A DNA stretch of 42,686 nucleotides, from positions 1 through 42,686 of IMG/VR virus record IMGVR_UViG_3300028586_000737, one strand, 5' to 3'. A program made the position numbers and the translations under genes. The notes under the pieces were generated by a model, which saw only the letters and a list, made by a program, of their open reading frames with translations, did not search any database and had not been told where the DNA came from. Shown piece after piece: positions 10,901 through 18,228 of this stretch. The DNA is from a virus. Taxonomy: Duplodnaviria; Caudoviricetes. The stretch's first letter is position 1. The number at the start of each line of letters is the position of its first letter.

Positions 10901-11455
10901 TTCCTCGCCGCGCAAGACACCGGATGCAAAGGCCTGGCCGAGCTGGATCAACGCAGCGTTGGCAGAGGACGCAGAAGCGCCCGAGATCGCCATCGTCTTA
11001 CTGATCGTGCCAACGATGCCTGCAACGCCCTCGCCGGTCAGCTTCAGTTCTTTTTGATTGGTCGCGATCCGCTGATAAAGCTCCGCTGTTGCGGTCAGGG
11101 GCTGGTAAGAGCTCTGTGCGATGGAGAACACCGCTTTCTGCGCAGCATTGAATTCTGCGGCACTGGATGTAACTAGTCGCAAACGGCTCGCAATAGTGGC
11201 GTATGCATCAGCCTGGCTGACCAGCGAGCTGATGCTCATACCAGCAACTACGCCAGCCATTGCGTTCCTGAGCATGTTACCGGCCGCAGAGGCTGACTGA
11301 CCCGCCCGGGTGAATGCCGTGTCGACGGTCGCCAATTGACGATCGATGCGCCCAGACACCTGCGCTACTGTCGCGTCAGCGCGGGCCATTTCCTGGCGCA
11401 GCTGCGCCGTGGTCGCTTCGAGGCGGATCAGCATCCCCTGGACTTCTTGAGACAT
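4907..11455 (-). CDS. Tail tape measure protein (2182 aa)
   Basis: Tape-measure domain (QLGQAFASGVLRGEELNSVMEQAP), long Ala-rich coiled coil, C-terminal GG.V.GPG.GTSDSI.A.LSNGEYV motif. Confidence 0.95.
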   Translation of the reverse strand: MSQEVQGMLIRLEATTAQLRQEMARADATVAQVSGRIDRQLATVDTAFTRAGQSASAAGNMLRNAMAGVVAGMSISSLVSQADAYATIASRLRLVTSSAAEFNAAQKAVFSIAQSSYQPLTATAELYQRIATNQKELKLTGEGVAGIVGTISKTMAISGASASSANAALIQLGQAFASGVLRGEELNSVMEQAPALAQAIATGMGKTVGQLRTLGADGKLTADAVVKALQSQEKAVESLYAKTAVTIGNSVTAIGNSYTQLIGRVDQAGNASARVASVIVDVSKAIDTLTADSAAVERTFARVSSVAETLAVIIGGRLALAAGQMVIGFAASTKAALQQAIGLATSTTATLRQVEADAAAAKQVVRVAQLRQEAAKSVLASATAEILAAEQKLGADRMRQQSEINNLKTVQTTLAAERILEEQRLSAQITEQGRAAARNRMAEARLAEVAIIRQIQEAELQLAATTAATSAEIQAAYAARGVAAAGAAEATLAANAAIRASEAATAAATSASKAMLLVGAAGRGLLALLTGPVGLIAMTAAVAYSFFNVGTSADSATNSLIGHNTTVEESIAQYKALSAEQQRLQKITWAEQQIKAIEAASDALDSYTYKVERGINLGPMAAEFRGMIEDVEAGRKTLDSVTAWIEKNTKLYPAFSKELAVLASEYQKSTKEAADFGKKINGVDSATSKATSSTERLKDAQSKGGQTQASKDAWDKYIEQLTKTRDLLGANAEAEAAYTAAKMGATPAQAAQAKIIAEQTDILKKYQDAVKDGSKVQQQSLKLQLVALYAAEDAATKAAAVQSKAYADTAAAAESSSLRQITALEQAANFAVASATRVAMGASAPQANRSGYSLLTNGAAPLPTPVLPGSSPEDRAEAAMNRIVASTDPNKAKKSDGEKLIDKQRKALEEFTKTSDIAIKSATAMANAYLAGADNVRELTIKQEIETEVLKTGAGARDKVTAAINAQHDAQDRLDVAKTIAGMKVEVQNLEKEAKATLQGTAALEAFNVEKAVKAELAGKNIALGSEEYTQLLAMTKAQLDANKALEAANKANDIVDRLNPQIKLLKDYTEEQKALNSAMALYPENAALYRDALVKLGNEYEVNRSKATLWGQMTEAAIDRIDSVFANAWANIGDGAESLWDNLKKGFKQTLGEIAHMLTTKPLLASFSNWLTGTDNGQGLGSVWAKLLGSAGGTSSGSSSGGLWSGMAGIGQNLISAWNTVTGVGSSVATGYASGGVSGAVSGGVSYYGNMLTGISNTLQSGFSSLVTTFTGATAANAAAIVGAEGVTAAALSGAIGQGAATVGAQFGTGVTAMTAASYAAAEAGAAATAATLGGQVSAALSSAAAMWPLAIIMGMYQSGKLYSAGVRPDASEMWDSAGDTALGKAAMLPQTLTAKYFEKMDGLLGKFVGGKFAAILTGSTLFQAVWSKVGSKLFGSGYQTKDSGIALGVDDGQFDATGYIKQKKKAGLISGSSKTRYLDTPLAEGVSDALGQKYNETILTALNNFHRLNVTMNDSVLDNLNMATQYISTQGRTEEEINTALDGWFTELGQSAITAISDATNAGIGNYNFVQLTEFVDNLYSINGMFELLNVNALPVSVWGGKLTEQYVAMAGGMEALQKSSQSYYEAFFSETERADDTLSAVNKQFEALGLKLPGTKAGFRSMVEGIDSTTDAGRAMFFTLTGLSDSASAAYAILEKRADDATAAAKTAADAAAEAVQAIMDKLVGAATTSQSAVQRAIAAQQKTTTDAYNARVAALNDMSSTASKNVSDLTSVSNSLGSALKELRGTSDDAVKMLRSQAQATLQSALATAKAGGSLSSITGLDDALATVGSNNTDLYSSLEEFNRDQGRTANVVAELNALNGKQLTSAEKLVKSLEDQLKQAKTTYDDQMAVFDQQLEFAQAQIDAINGVDNSIMSVTDAVNTMNAAVVAALGVIKPSTATNTGTLIDTVYQSLLGKNADAKGKEYWQGQVGNGSVGLDQLAVAIKNAATENAIKSAYQSSLGHAADAAGAKYWSDQVASGALTIAQLEQAIANAAKANGSVPAYATGGRVYGPGNGTSDSILARLSNGEYVMNADATRMFGTEFLDQMNAGNMPAFASGGPVLNITKPGQIYSAPQAASVESDDRKGSDALERKVDTLIDVVKQIVGPMKIDSEKSRKLFEKFDKDGMPPTRKASVSA

Positions 11456-11472
11456 TCACTTTTCTCCAGGCA

Positions 11473-11500
11473 CAAAAAAACCCGCATAAGCGGGTGTGTT
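11473..11500 (-). terminator. Probable intrinsic terminator between tail chaperone and tape measure genes
   Basis: ACCCGC-TTAT-GCGGGT stem plus T-run on minus strand. Confidence 0.55.
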
Positions 11501-11517
11501 TTCAAATGATGCGGGGG

Positions 11518-11775
11518 CTACGCTGCAGCGGCCTTGCGACCGAGAGCGGCAGCCCGGAACCCCATGCGGACCTCTTGAGCTACCGACTCCTTGGTCTTCG
11601 GCTTCTCACCGGAGCCAAATGGGTTGGTGTTGCGCAAGAATTCGACCTTTGCGTCCCACGCCATCAGGATTTCCGGCACCGGGGTTATCCAGGCCTCGCT
11701 GGGTGGCCAACCCAGCCAGCCGGTGGCCATGCCGAATAACTCGTCGACATAACTACCGTTGCCGTCGCGTTTTAC
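11518..11775 (-). CDS. Tail assembly chaperone, -1 frame extension (gpT-like)
   Basis: -1 frame reads VKRDGNGSYVDELFGMATGWLGWPPSEAW... open from the slippery site. Confidence 0.75.
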   Translation of the reverse strand, partial: VKRDGNGSYVDELFGMATGWLGWPPSEAWITPVPEILMAWDAKVEFLRNTNPFGSGEKPKTKESVAQEVRMGFRAAALGRKAAAA

Positions 11776-12140
11776 TTTTTTGCCTTAACTTTCGCCGCTT
11801 CGGTTTCAGCTTCGGCAGCAGCTTGCTGCTCGGCCGTTTTGGCAGCTGGATTCAGCAGTGCGCCGAGATACTCGATCAGCGGAGGGGACACGCTGATGAT
11901 GCCTTGGCGGTAGATTTCTTCTTCCAGCTCTTCCATCGCGGAAGGCTTCAGCGCCAAACCGGCGCCAGCAACAATCACCTGAGTCATCGCTTGTAGGCTG
12001 AATTTTTGTACTTCGTGCATTGCAGGCAAGATCCCGCCGAACACCTTCTCGACGCGCTTCACAGCTTTCAAATTGAAAGTCAGGGTGTACAGCTCAGTGC
12101 CAACTTCAACGTCAATGGTGCCGTGGTCAGTCTTGGACAT
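11772..12140 (-). CDS. Tail assembly chaperone (gpG-like)
   Basis: Between tail tube and tape measure genes; ends GCA AAA AAG TAA. Confidence 0.8.
   Translation of the reverse strand: MSKTDHGTIDVEVGTELYTLTFNLKAVKRVEKVFGGILPAMHEVQKFSLQAMTQVIVAGAGLALKPSAMEELEEEIYRQGIISVSPPLIEYLGALLNPAAKTAEQQAAAEAETEAAKVKAKK
11775..11781 (-). other. Programmed -1 frameshift heptamer A AAA AAG
   Basis: X XXY YYZ heptamer in frame just before the stop; -1 frame joins the downstream ORF. Confidence 0.8.
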
Positions 12141-12211
12141 GGGTCATTCTCTTTAGGTAAAAAGCGGAGGAAATGCCCCGCATTCGAGGCATCTGGTATT
12201 GCGAAACGCCG

Positions 12212-12688
12212 TTAGGCCGCTGGGGCCTGCACGTCGTAGATTGCGGAGTTGATGCCGATCGTGACGTTGCGCTTGATCACGTCTTCGGCGCCGCCAACGC
12301 CCTTCTTGTTGCTCATGACTTTGGCGGCGAAGTAGTCGATGGTGCCGTCCAGATATTCGACCTTGAACGGGTAATCGAAACGGTTACGGTCCTTTTGCGC
12401 AGCAACCAGCGCCAGCTGGCCTGCATCGCTGGAATCCAAACCGATGGTCAGCGCGACGGAACCGGCATCGTCCAGGCCTTTCAAGTGGCGAGTGCGGGAG
12501 TCGGCCAGCGCGGCGAAGGTCACGTCACCAGTCTCATCACCGTAATCATCAATGTTCTCCACCTCGCCTACGGCGACGTAGGTCAGGCCGGAAAGCAACG
12601 TGATGGCGGCGGCCGAAGTTTTGGGCAAATCTGCGGTCAGGCGTGGGCCAATCGAGATTCGTGTGCCGGCGGCGGTTGTAACAGACAT
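12212..12688 (-). CDS. Major tail tube protein
   Basis: Position, GGAGGA RBS, motifs GEVENI..YGD, RTRHLKG..DAG, DAGQ.AL. Confidence 0.85.
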   Translation of the reverse strand: MSVTTAAGTRISIGPRLTADLPKTSAAAITLLSGLTYVAVGEVENIDDYGDETGDVTFAALADSRTRHLKGLDDAGSVALTIGLDSSDAGQLALVAAQKDRNRFDYPFKVEYLDGTIDYFAAKVMSNKKGVGGAEDVIKRNVTIGINSAIYDVQAPAA

Positions 12689-12747
12689 AAGTAGTCCTCC
12701 AAGGGACATTGGATAAAGCCGCAGCGCGGCGGTGGTTCAGCGGTAAA

Positions 12748-13134
12748 TCAGTGTTGCGTGATGATCCGGAGCGTCACAGAGCCCATGTAGGTCACTCCGT
12801 CAGGCTCACGACTGGTGTCGGTGCGCAGGACGCGCACCGACACGGCAGTGCCGGTACCCAGAACAAGCTTGATCTCGTCCAGGGCGTCGCAGATCTCGCC
12901 ATTGATGCGCTTCACCTCGGCCTGGCCTTGGTAGTCGGACCAGACAGAAAGGTAGAACAGGCGGTTGTCACGCTTGCGCCCGGAGACCGGCGACGTGTTG
13001 CTCGACACCTCACGATCCAGAGTGACGTACGGGTACGGGGTGCCCATCGGTACCGCGTCGAATACCGGCACTGTCAGCGTGGCTCTGAGTTTCTGGTAGA
13101 GCGCGGTTTGAAGCGCAATCGACGGATCGCTCAT
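12748..13134 (-). CDS. Tail terminator (DUF3168-like)
   Basis: ALQ.ALY..L, VFDAVP, PYPYV, LSVWS motifs; synteny. Confidence 0.85.
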   Translation of the reverse strand: MSDPSIALQTALYQKLRATLTVPVFDAVPMGTPYPYVTLDREVSSNTSPVSGRKRDNRLFYLSVWSDYQGQAEVKRINGEICDALDEIKLVLGTGTAVSVRVLRTDTSREPDGVTYMGSVTLRIITQH

Positions 13135-13553
13135 CGCGCCTCCCCGACGGCCTTGCGCAACGTACTGGCGATCGCATGGCTGATGATCAGGCGAATATCG
13201 TCACGGTTAATATCAATTGACGGGCGCAGCCAAGGGTGTGCTGGCCGTGCAGCGAACACGCCGTCTCCGATCGTGTATTGCTTCGTGCCGTACTCTACAA
13301 AACGGGTGTAGAAGAAATGGCGGTTGTCGCGCTTACCCCGGATGCCGATCTGCGCATCCAAGCCGCTTTTCGAAACAAAAGCCTCCAGCGCCTCTGCCGC
13401 CTCACCGGTATCCCTGGGCATCAGCGATTCCTGAGTACTCAACACCAGGTTGGCGGCCTGCACCATCGCAGGTCTCAACTCGCTTTCCATCTGGTTGCCA
13501 ATTCTTCGCAACAGACCCCGCAATTTAAAATTGCCCTGCGAGCGCCGGGCCAC
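13131..13553 (-). CDS. HK97 gp10-family tail completion protein
   Basis: PRDTG, FVEYGT, ARPAHPWLRP motifs. Confidence 0.85.
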   Translation of the reverse strand: MARRSQGNFKLRGLLRRIGNQMESELRPAMVQAANLVLSTQESLMPRDTGEAAEALEAFVSKSGLDAQIGIRGKRDNRHFFYTRFVEYGTKQYTIGDGVFAARPAHPWLRPSIDINRDDIRLIISHAIASTLRKAVGEAR

Positions 13554-13555
13554 GA

Positions 13556-13729
13556 TCAGGTTTTCTCAACCGTGCTTTTATCGGCCTTGACTGTTTGTGC
13601 GACCGCTACTTCGTTGGCCAGGCCACGCTCGACCAGATCAGCACCGGATTTCGCATCAGTGGTGAACTCGTCATCACGATCCACCACGCCAAAAGGCCCG
13701 GACAGGCGGGCTTTAGCTTTCAACTTCAT
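13556..13729 (-). CDS. Small head-tail region protein, 57 aa (not in the ORF track)
   Basis: MKLKAKARLSGPFGVVDRDDEFTTDAKSGADLVERGLANEV...; GAGG RBS; fills the gap exactly. Confidence 0.7.
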   Translation of the reverse strand: MKLKAKARLSGPFGVVDRDDEFTTDAKSGADLVERGLANEVAVAQTVKADKSTVEKT

Positions 13730-13738
13730 AATTTCACC

Positions 13739-14062
13739 TCAGGGGTTGGGAACGTTTGAACAGAGCAACCGCAACATGGTGCGGTCGTTATCGGGTAGTG
13801 CGGCCTCAATCAGGTAGGTCATGCCGGCGTTCGCTAAGCGCAGTCCCGCGACGAGATCGGAGGCGTATCTCACTCGAATTTCGGCGGTGATCTCTGCGCT
13901 CATCTGCTGGGCGACCGGGGATGTCCGCCCAGTCGGAATAGTTATTTCAGCCCATACGGTGCGGATAGCAGTCCAACCATCAACACCGCCGCCCATGTCG
14001 TCAGACACGCGCTGCTTTGTCTGCACAGAACACTCATGTCGAAGGTTTCCTGCTCTCATCAC
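13739..14062 (-). CDS. Head closure protein (head-tail adaptor)
   Basis: MRAG.LRH, D.MGG, VWAEI, IRVRY motifs. Confidence 0.88.
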   Translation of the reverse strand: MMRAGNLRHECSVQTKQRVSDDMGGGVDGWTAIRTVWAEITIPTGRTSPVAQQMSAEITAEIRVRYASDLVAGLRLANAGMTYLIEAALPDNDRTMLRLLCSNVPNP

Positions 14063-14400
14063 ACCCCCAGCGAAACGCGGTAAGGGCTCAGCAGCGAGCG
14101 GGAGCCCTGCGGAAGATCAGACGCGCTTACGCCGACCACAACGTCCTCCCGGTTGGCGTACAGGTTGCCCAGAATAAGCAGACACGCCGCCGTGATGGAT
14201 TTGGTGACAACGATCGGATCGTCGCCAGACGTACCATCCAGTACAGCGGCGGCCATGGCATCCGCATCTGGGTAAAACGACCGGTTCAGGTAGAGGGCCG
14301 CCGATTCCTCAGCCGCCTCAAGTTTCAGCAGCACATCCGGCCGATCGCCTTCTTCCGCGCGGCAATGCCGCATGGCGACTTCGATATCGATGACCGACAT
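14059..14400 (-). CDS. Head-tail connector (HK97 gp6-like)
   Basis: H.R, YLNR, A.LLILG.LYANRE, LL.PYR motifs. Confidence 0.88.
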   Translation of the reverse strand: MSVIDIEVAMRHCRAEEGDRPDVLLKLEAAEESAALYLNRSFYPDADAMAAAVLDGTSGDDPIVVTKSITAACLLILGNLYANREDVVVGVSASDLPQGSRSLLSPYRVSLGV

Positions 14401-14401
14401 G

Positions 14402-14653
14402 TCACTCGCCCTTTGCAAGCTTTTTCGGCTTCTCGGGTTTAGCCGCAGCCGCCAGCGAATCGCCGGTCACTACGCCAGCGCCCACAGCGTCCTCTTCGCC
14501 CAGCACCACGACCGCATCGCCATCAGCAGAGTCCGGCTCGGCATAGCCCTTCTGGATCAGCTCGCGGCCGTGCTGTTCGATGGTTTCGAACGACGTACCC
14601 TCGACCAGCGTTAGCCCGCCCAGATACAGCGGCTTCAGGGTCTTCAGCTTCAT
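14402..14653 (-). CDS. Small protein downstream of capsid (hypothetical)
   Basis: GGAGG RBS; EG..FET...HGRELI.KGYA pattern shared with 13556-13729. Confidence 0.7.
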   Translation of the reverse strand: MKLKTLKPLYLGGLTLVEGTSFETIEQHGRELIQKGYAEPDSADGDAVVVLGEEDAVGAGVVTGDSLAAAAKPEKPKKLAKGE

Positions 14654-14695
14654 GATTGCCTCCAGTGGGCCGCCACCTGGGCGGCCCGGGTTGGG

Positions 14696-15907
14696 TTAAG
14701 GGGTGACCGGTGCGTTGAACGATCCATAGATGAACGCTTCGGGACGCTTGACCGCCAGCGCGACGCGCTCCTCGCAACGGACCGAGATCAGGTTTTTCTC
14801 GAAGTCGTCGGCGTTCTCGGTGGAGATCACCACGTTGGCGTCTTCACGGTCGAACAGCTGGGCGCCAGTCTGGAAAGCGCCCGTCAGGAACTTGCCCTGG
14901 AAGCCAGCAGCTTCGGTGGCGACCACCGGCAGGCCCCACAACACCGGACCAGCCAGGCCAAGCGGGTTGGCCAGGATGTAGCGACCCAGCGAATCTTTGG
15001 TCAGCTCGATTTTCGCCCAGTCAATGAAGTGAAGGACGTGACCGGAAGCTGGTAGGCGGGCCAGCTGTGCCTGCAGCATCGCCAGGCGCAGGTCGTCGAT
15101 CCCGGAGCGGTCCTCGACCTCAAAAGCCGGATCAAAGACAGATGCTTGAGGCACGATGCCGTGCAAATGAATGCCGGTGCCGTCGCCGAACAGAATTTCT
15201 TGCTCTTCCGCATACTTCAGGCCGTAGCGCATTTCCACATCGATGGTGGACTGCAGTTGCGCGAAGTCGTCCATGATCTGCTTGGAAGCTTTGAACATGT
15301 GCGCGATCGTGGACACGGCGGTCAGCTTGGAGGCAAAGCTGATGCTCGAATACGGCTTGGCCGTGCCCTCCGCTACTACTTTGGCCGCGTTGACGAAGCC
15401 GGTCTGTTGCACCCAGAAAATCGCAGGCGACGTGGTGCGACCAGGCGCAATCAGGTCACGGATGAACAGGCGCTGTTTAGCCGGTGTATCGATGCCGGGC
15501 AGACGCTGTGGCTCGACGACGCCTTGGGCGACGTCAGTTGACAGCAGCGCTGCGCTGACAGGGATGTTGACGCGCTTGCCGCCTTCGAGACTGGCAGCGA
15601 AAGCCTTCAGAGCCTCGCTTTTGATGACGGTTTGGCCGAGGCTGTCGCGGTTCTGCGGCGCGCTGGCCGATGGCAGGCGCGCGAATTCCTGCTCTACTTC
15701 ACCGAGCTTGGCTTTCAGCTGCTTCTCGGCCTCAGTCAGCGAGTTGAATTTCAGCGCGAGTTCGTCGACGGTGGCTTTGGTTTCAGCAGACAAGTTGCCC
15801 GCCTTCTTCGCCTCAGCGAGAGCCGCTTCGGCTTTGGTGCTGAATTCGCTGGTGGCTTTCGCCAATTCAGCGGAGACGCTCTTAAGCAGTTCATTTGTAT
15901 CGGACAT
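14696..15907 (-). CDS. Major capsid protein, HK97 family
   Basis: N-terminal coiled-coil delta domain; VAEG.AKP, EE.EILFGDG, D..GRYI, LWGLPVV, R.EER motifs. Confidence 0.95.
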   Translation of the reverse strand: MSDTNELLKSVSAELAKATSEFSTKAEAALAEAKKAGNLSAETKATVDELALKFNSLTEAEKQLKAKLGEVEQEFARLPSASAPQNRDSLGQTVIKSEALKAFAASLEGGKRVNIPVSAALLSTDVAQGVVEPQRLPGIDTPAKQRLFIRDLIAPGRTTSPAIFWVQQTGFVNAAKVVAEGTAKPYSSISFASKLTAVSTIAHMFKASKQIMDDFAQLQSTIDVEMRYGLKYAEEQEILFGDGTGIHLHGIVPQASVFDPAFEVEDRSGIDDLRLAMLQAQLARLPASGHVLHFIDWAKIELTKDSLGRYILANPLGLAGPVLWGLPVVATEAAGFQGKFLTGAFQTGAQLFDREDANVVISTENADDFEKNLISVRCEERVALAVKRPEAFIYGSFNAPVTP

Positions 15908-15910
15908 GGG

Positions 15911-16795
15911 TCAAACTCCGGGTACGGTAGAGGCTGCCGACTTGAAAGAGGCCAGGGCCTTTTCGAAATCAGCGATTACGGAGGCCGAAACGGCCAGGGG
16001 TTCGGTAGCGCTCGGCGTACCAGGACCGGCAGCGCTGGGCGTGCCGGTTTTTAGCTCTTGAATCATTGCGCGCCGCTCGGAGCGGGGCATGCCCTGCTTC
16101 GCCAAGATCACATCAAGGCGCCGCGCGGCGATCTGTTGCGGCGTGGACGCCTTGGTGTTTTCCTTCAAGTCGGCACTGTCGAGCAGTGAGTCAGCGAAGC
16201 CCTGATCAACAGCTTCACCGCCGCCGATCCAGCTTTCGGCATCCATCAGCGCTTGCATCGCGGCAATATCCTCACCGGTTCGTGCTGCGTAGATGTTCGC
16301 CATGGCTTTATCAAACGGTTCTAGCGTGTCCGCCATTTCACGCAAGCCAATGCGGTTGGCAGCCACGCCTACCCAGCAGTTGTGGATCATGAGGAAGGCG
16401 CCGAGGCCCATGCGGATCTCATCGCCCGCCATGGCGATGACTGATGCGGCCGAGGCAGCGATGCCGAGAATCTTGACGGTCACCTTGCCCTTGTATTCGC
16501 GCAGAATGTTGTAGATTGCCAAGCCTTCGAACATGTCGCCGCCGGGCGAGTTGATATTTACAGTGACGTCTGCGCCGGCCAGGTTGCGCAGTACGGCGCT
16601 GACCCGCTTCGCAGTTACACCGTCACCGGTCCAGTAGTCGTAACCGATAGGATCGAACATCGAGATAGTGTTCTCGTCGTCAGCTGCGGCACGAATGTCC
16701 GGGTTCCACCGCTCAAGCGCCACAGGCAGCAGATCCGATGAAGCGCTCACACGCGGGCGCTCCGCCGGCGCAGCAGGCAGGGTTCTGATTGTCAT
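15911..16795 (-). CDS. ClpP-type prohead maturation protease
   Basis: INSPGGD.FEG.AIYN, GIAASAASVIAMAGD, LMIHN. Confidence 0.93.
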   Translation of the reverse strand: MTIRTLPAAPAERPRVSASSDLLPVALERWNPDIRAAADDENTISMFDPIGYDYWTGDGVTAKRVSAVLRNLAGADVTVNINSPGGDMFEGLAIYNILREYKGKVTVKILGIAASAASVIAMAGDEIRMGLGAFLMIHNCWVGVAANRIGLREMADTLEPFDKAMANIYAARTGEDIAAMQALMDAESWIGGGEAVDQGFADSLLDSADLKENTKASTPQQIAARRLDVILAKQGMPRSERRAMIQELKTGTPSAAGPGTPSATEPLAVSASVIADFEKALASFKSAASTVPGV

Positions 16796-16797
16796 GG

Positions 16798-18228
16798 TTA
16801 CTCCGCTGGTTCGGTGATGCTGAGGCGTGAAATCGAGATAAGGGCATGGGCCATGGTCGGAGCGTCCGGGTCCCCACCATCAAGCGCGGAGCAAATGTCC
16901 TGAAGCAGCTCGCGTGTTGCTTCCCGGTTGCCGTCCTTGTGAGCGTGTAACGCTTTGGACATGAAGCGGTTGAACTTGGCCGAAATATCCTCGCCCTGCT
17001 CCAGGCTCTCCAGCGCGACCATCGCAGATTGAACGGTGTAGATTTCGCCGCCGGGAATGGGCGGAAGGTTTTCCAGCCGACGGACCTCGTTGCGCGACAT
17101 CCAGCCATTCATCAGCGCGGTGTTGTACCAGGTGCCACGGCCGGCACTGTCGGCGCGCAGCAAGCCTTCAACTGCAAACTCCGCGAAGAATTCCTCGGCA
17201 TCCGCCTCACCAATCAGACAACGGGTGATTTCCTGTTCGATGTTGACCAGGAGTGGCCGCAAGCTGTTGGTGAGAAAGTGCAGGTTCTGCGCCTCGACAC
17301 TAGCAGCCCAGCTCGACTGTTTGTCCATGTGCCCTACCATGAACGGCGGTACGCGGAACCAGCGACAAATCTCCTCGACGTTGAACGCTCGGGTTTCCAG
17401 CATCTGCGCTGCTTCCGGATTCATCGTGACGCTCTGATACTTGAGGCCCGCTTCCAGCACCATCGTCTTGCCAGCGTTCTTCGAGCTGCTGAACGCAGCC
17501 AAGCTTTTCTTCAGCTGGTCCCGCTGCTTCGGTGTCAGCGTGCCGGAGCCCTGCGCGGCGCCCCCTTCGACCGTTAGAAAGCCCGAGGCCTGAAGGCCGT
17601 TAGCAAAGACCTTGGCGGCCGCCTCTTCCGATGAAAGCGCGGTGCCGATGACATCACGCCCGGTTGTTACCGGCAGCATCCCGCACACGCCATCGAGGCC
17701 AAAACCACGAATGTGCATCAAGTTCTTTTCGGGGATGTCCCGCTCGGTACCGTTTTCGTTGTAGGTGTACTTCAAGCGGCCGTTATCCAGGCGCTTGACC
17801 GTCATGCACTGCGGTAACAGCGGATCGAGTGCCACGATTCGGGTTCCGATGAGTTTCTTCTCAACGAAGGCGTTACCGCGCAAACAGATACTGGCTACGA
17901 CCTGGAGCATAAAGCGCTGGGGGGTCATTTCTGCATTCGGCGATCGGCAGAGGACCCGAAACAATGGGTGATCACGAGCAGACTCACGTGAGCCGTCGGG
18001 CAACCGCCGGTACAGCTTCAGAGGCAGCGTTGAAACAGATTCGGAGAGCAGACGCACGCACGCCCACACGGTGGACAGTCGCACCGCGCCGTCAACCGTG
18101 ACGTGCTTGCCGCTGTTGGAAGTGCCGAACCATTCCTGCCAAAAAGCCTCACTGGTGAGCCCAACAGGGACGCCCAGCCAGCTCTGTAGCGCAGAGCGAA
18201 TCCGCCCCGGTTTGTTTTTGCTCGCCAT
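16798..18228 (-). CDS. Portal protein, HK97 family
   Basis: VWACV.LLSE, LRGNAF, HIRGF.LDG, EICRWFRVPP.MVG, NEVRRLENLPP. Confidence 0.95.
   Translation of the reverse strand: MASKNKPGRIRSALQSWLGVPVGLTSEAFWQEWFGTSNSGKHVTVDGAVRLSTVWACVRLLSESVSTLPLKLYRRLPDGSRESARDHPLFRVLCRSPNAEMTPQRFMLQVVASICLRGNAFVEKKLIGTRIVALDPLLPQCMTVKRLDNGRLKYTYNENGTERDIPEKNLMHIRGFGLDGVCGMLPVTTGRDVIGTALSSEEAAAKVFANGLQASGFLTVEGGAAQGSGTLTPKQRDQLKKSLAAFSSSKNAGKTMVLEAGLKYQSVTMNPEAAQMLETRAFNVEEICRWFRVPPFMVGHMDKQSSWAASVEAQNLHFLTNSLRPLLVNIEQEITRCLIGEADAEEFFAEFAVEGLLRADSAGRGTWYNTALMNGWMSRNEVRRLENLPPIPGGEIYTVQSAMVALESLEQGEDISAKFNRFMSKALHAHKDGNREATRELLQDICSALDGGDPDAPTMAHALISISRLSITEPAE

Noticed and set aside
5187-11176. Many long alternative-frame and antisense ORFs inside the tape measure gene (e.g. 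5357-6385)
   Set aside because: Shadow ORFs expected in GC-rich coding DNA; no motifs or RBS
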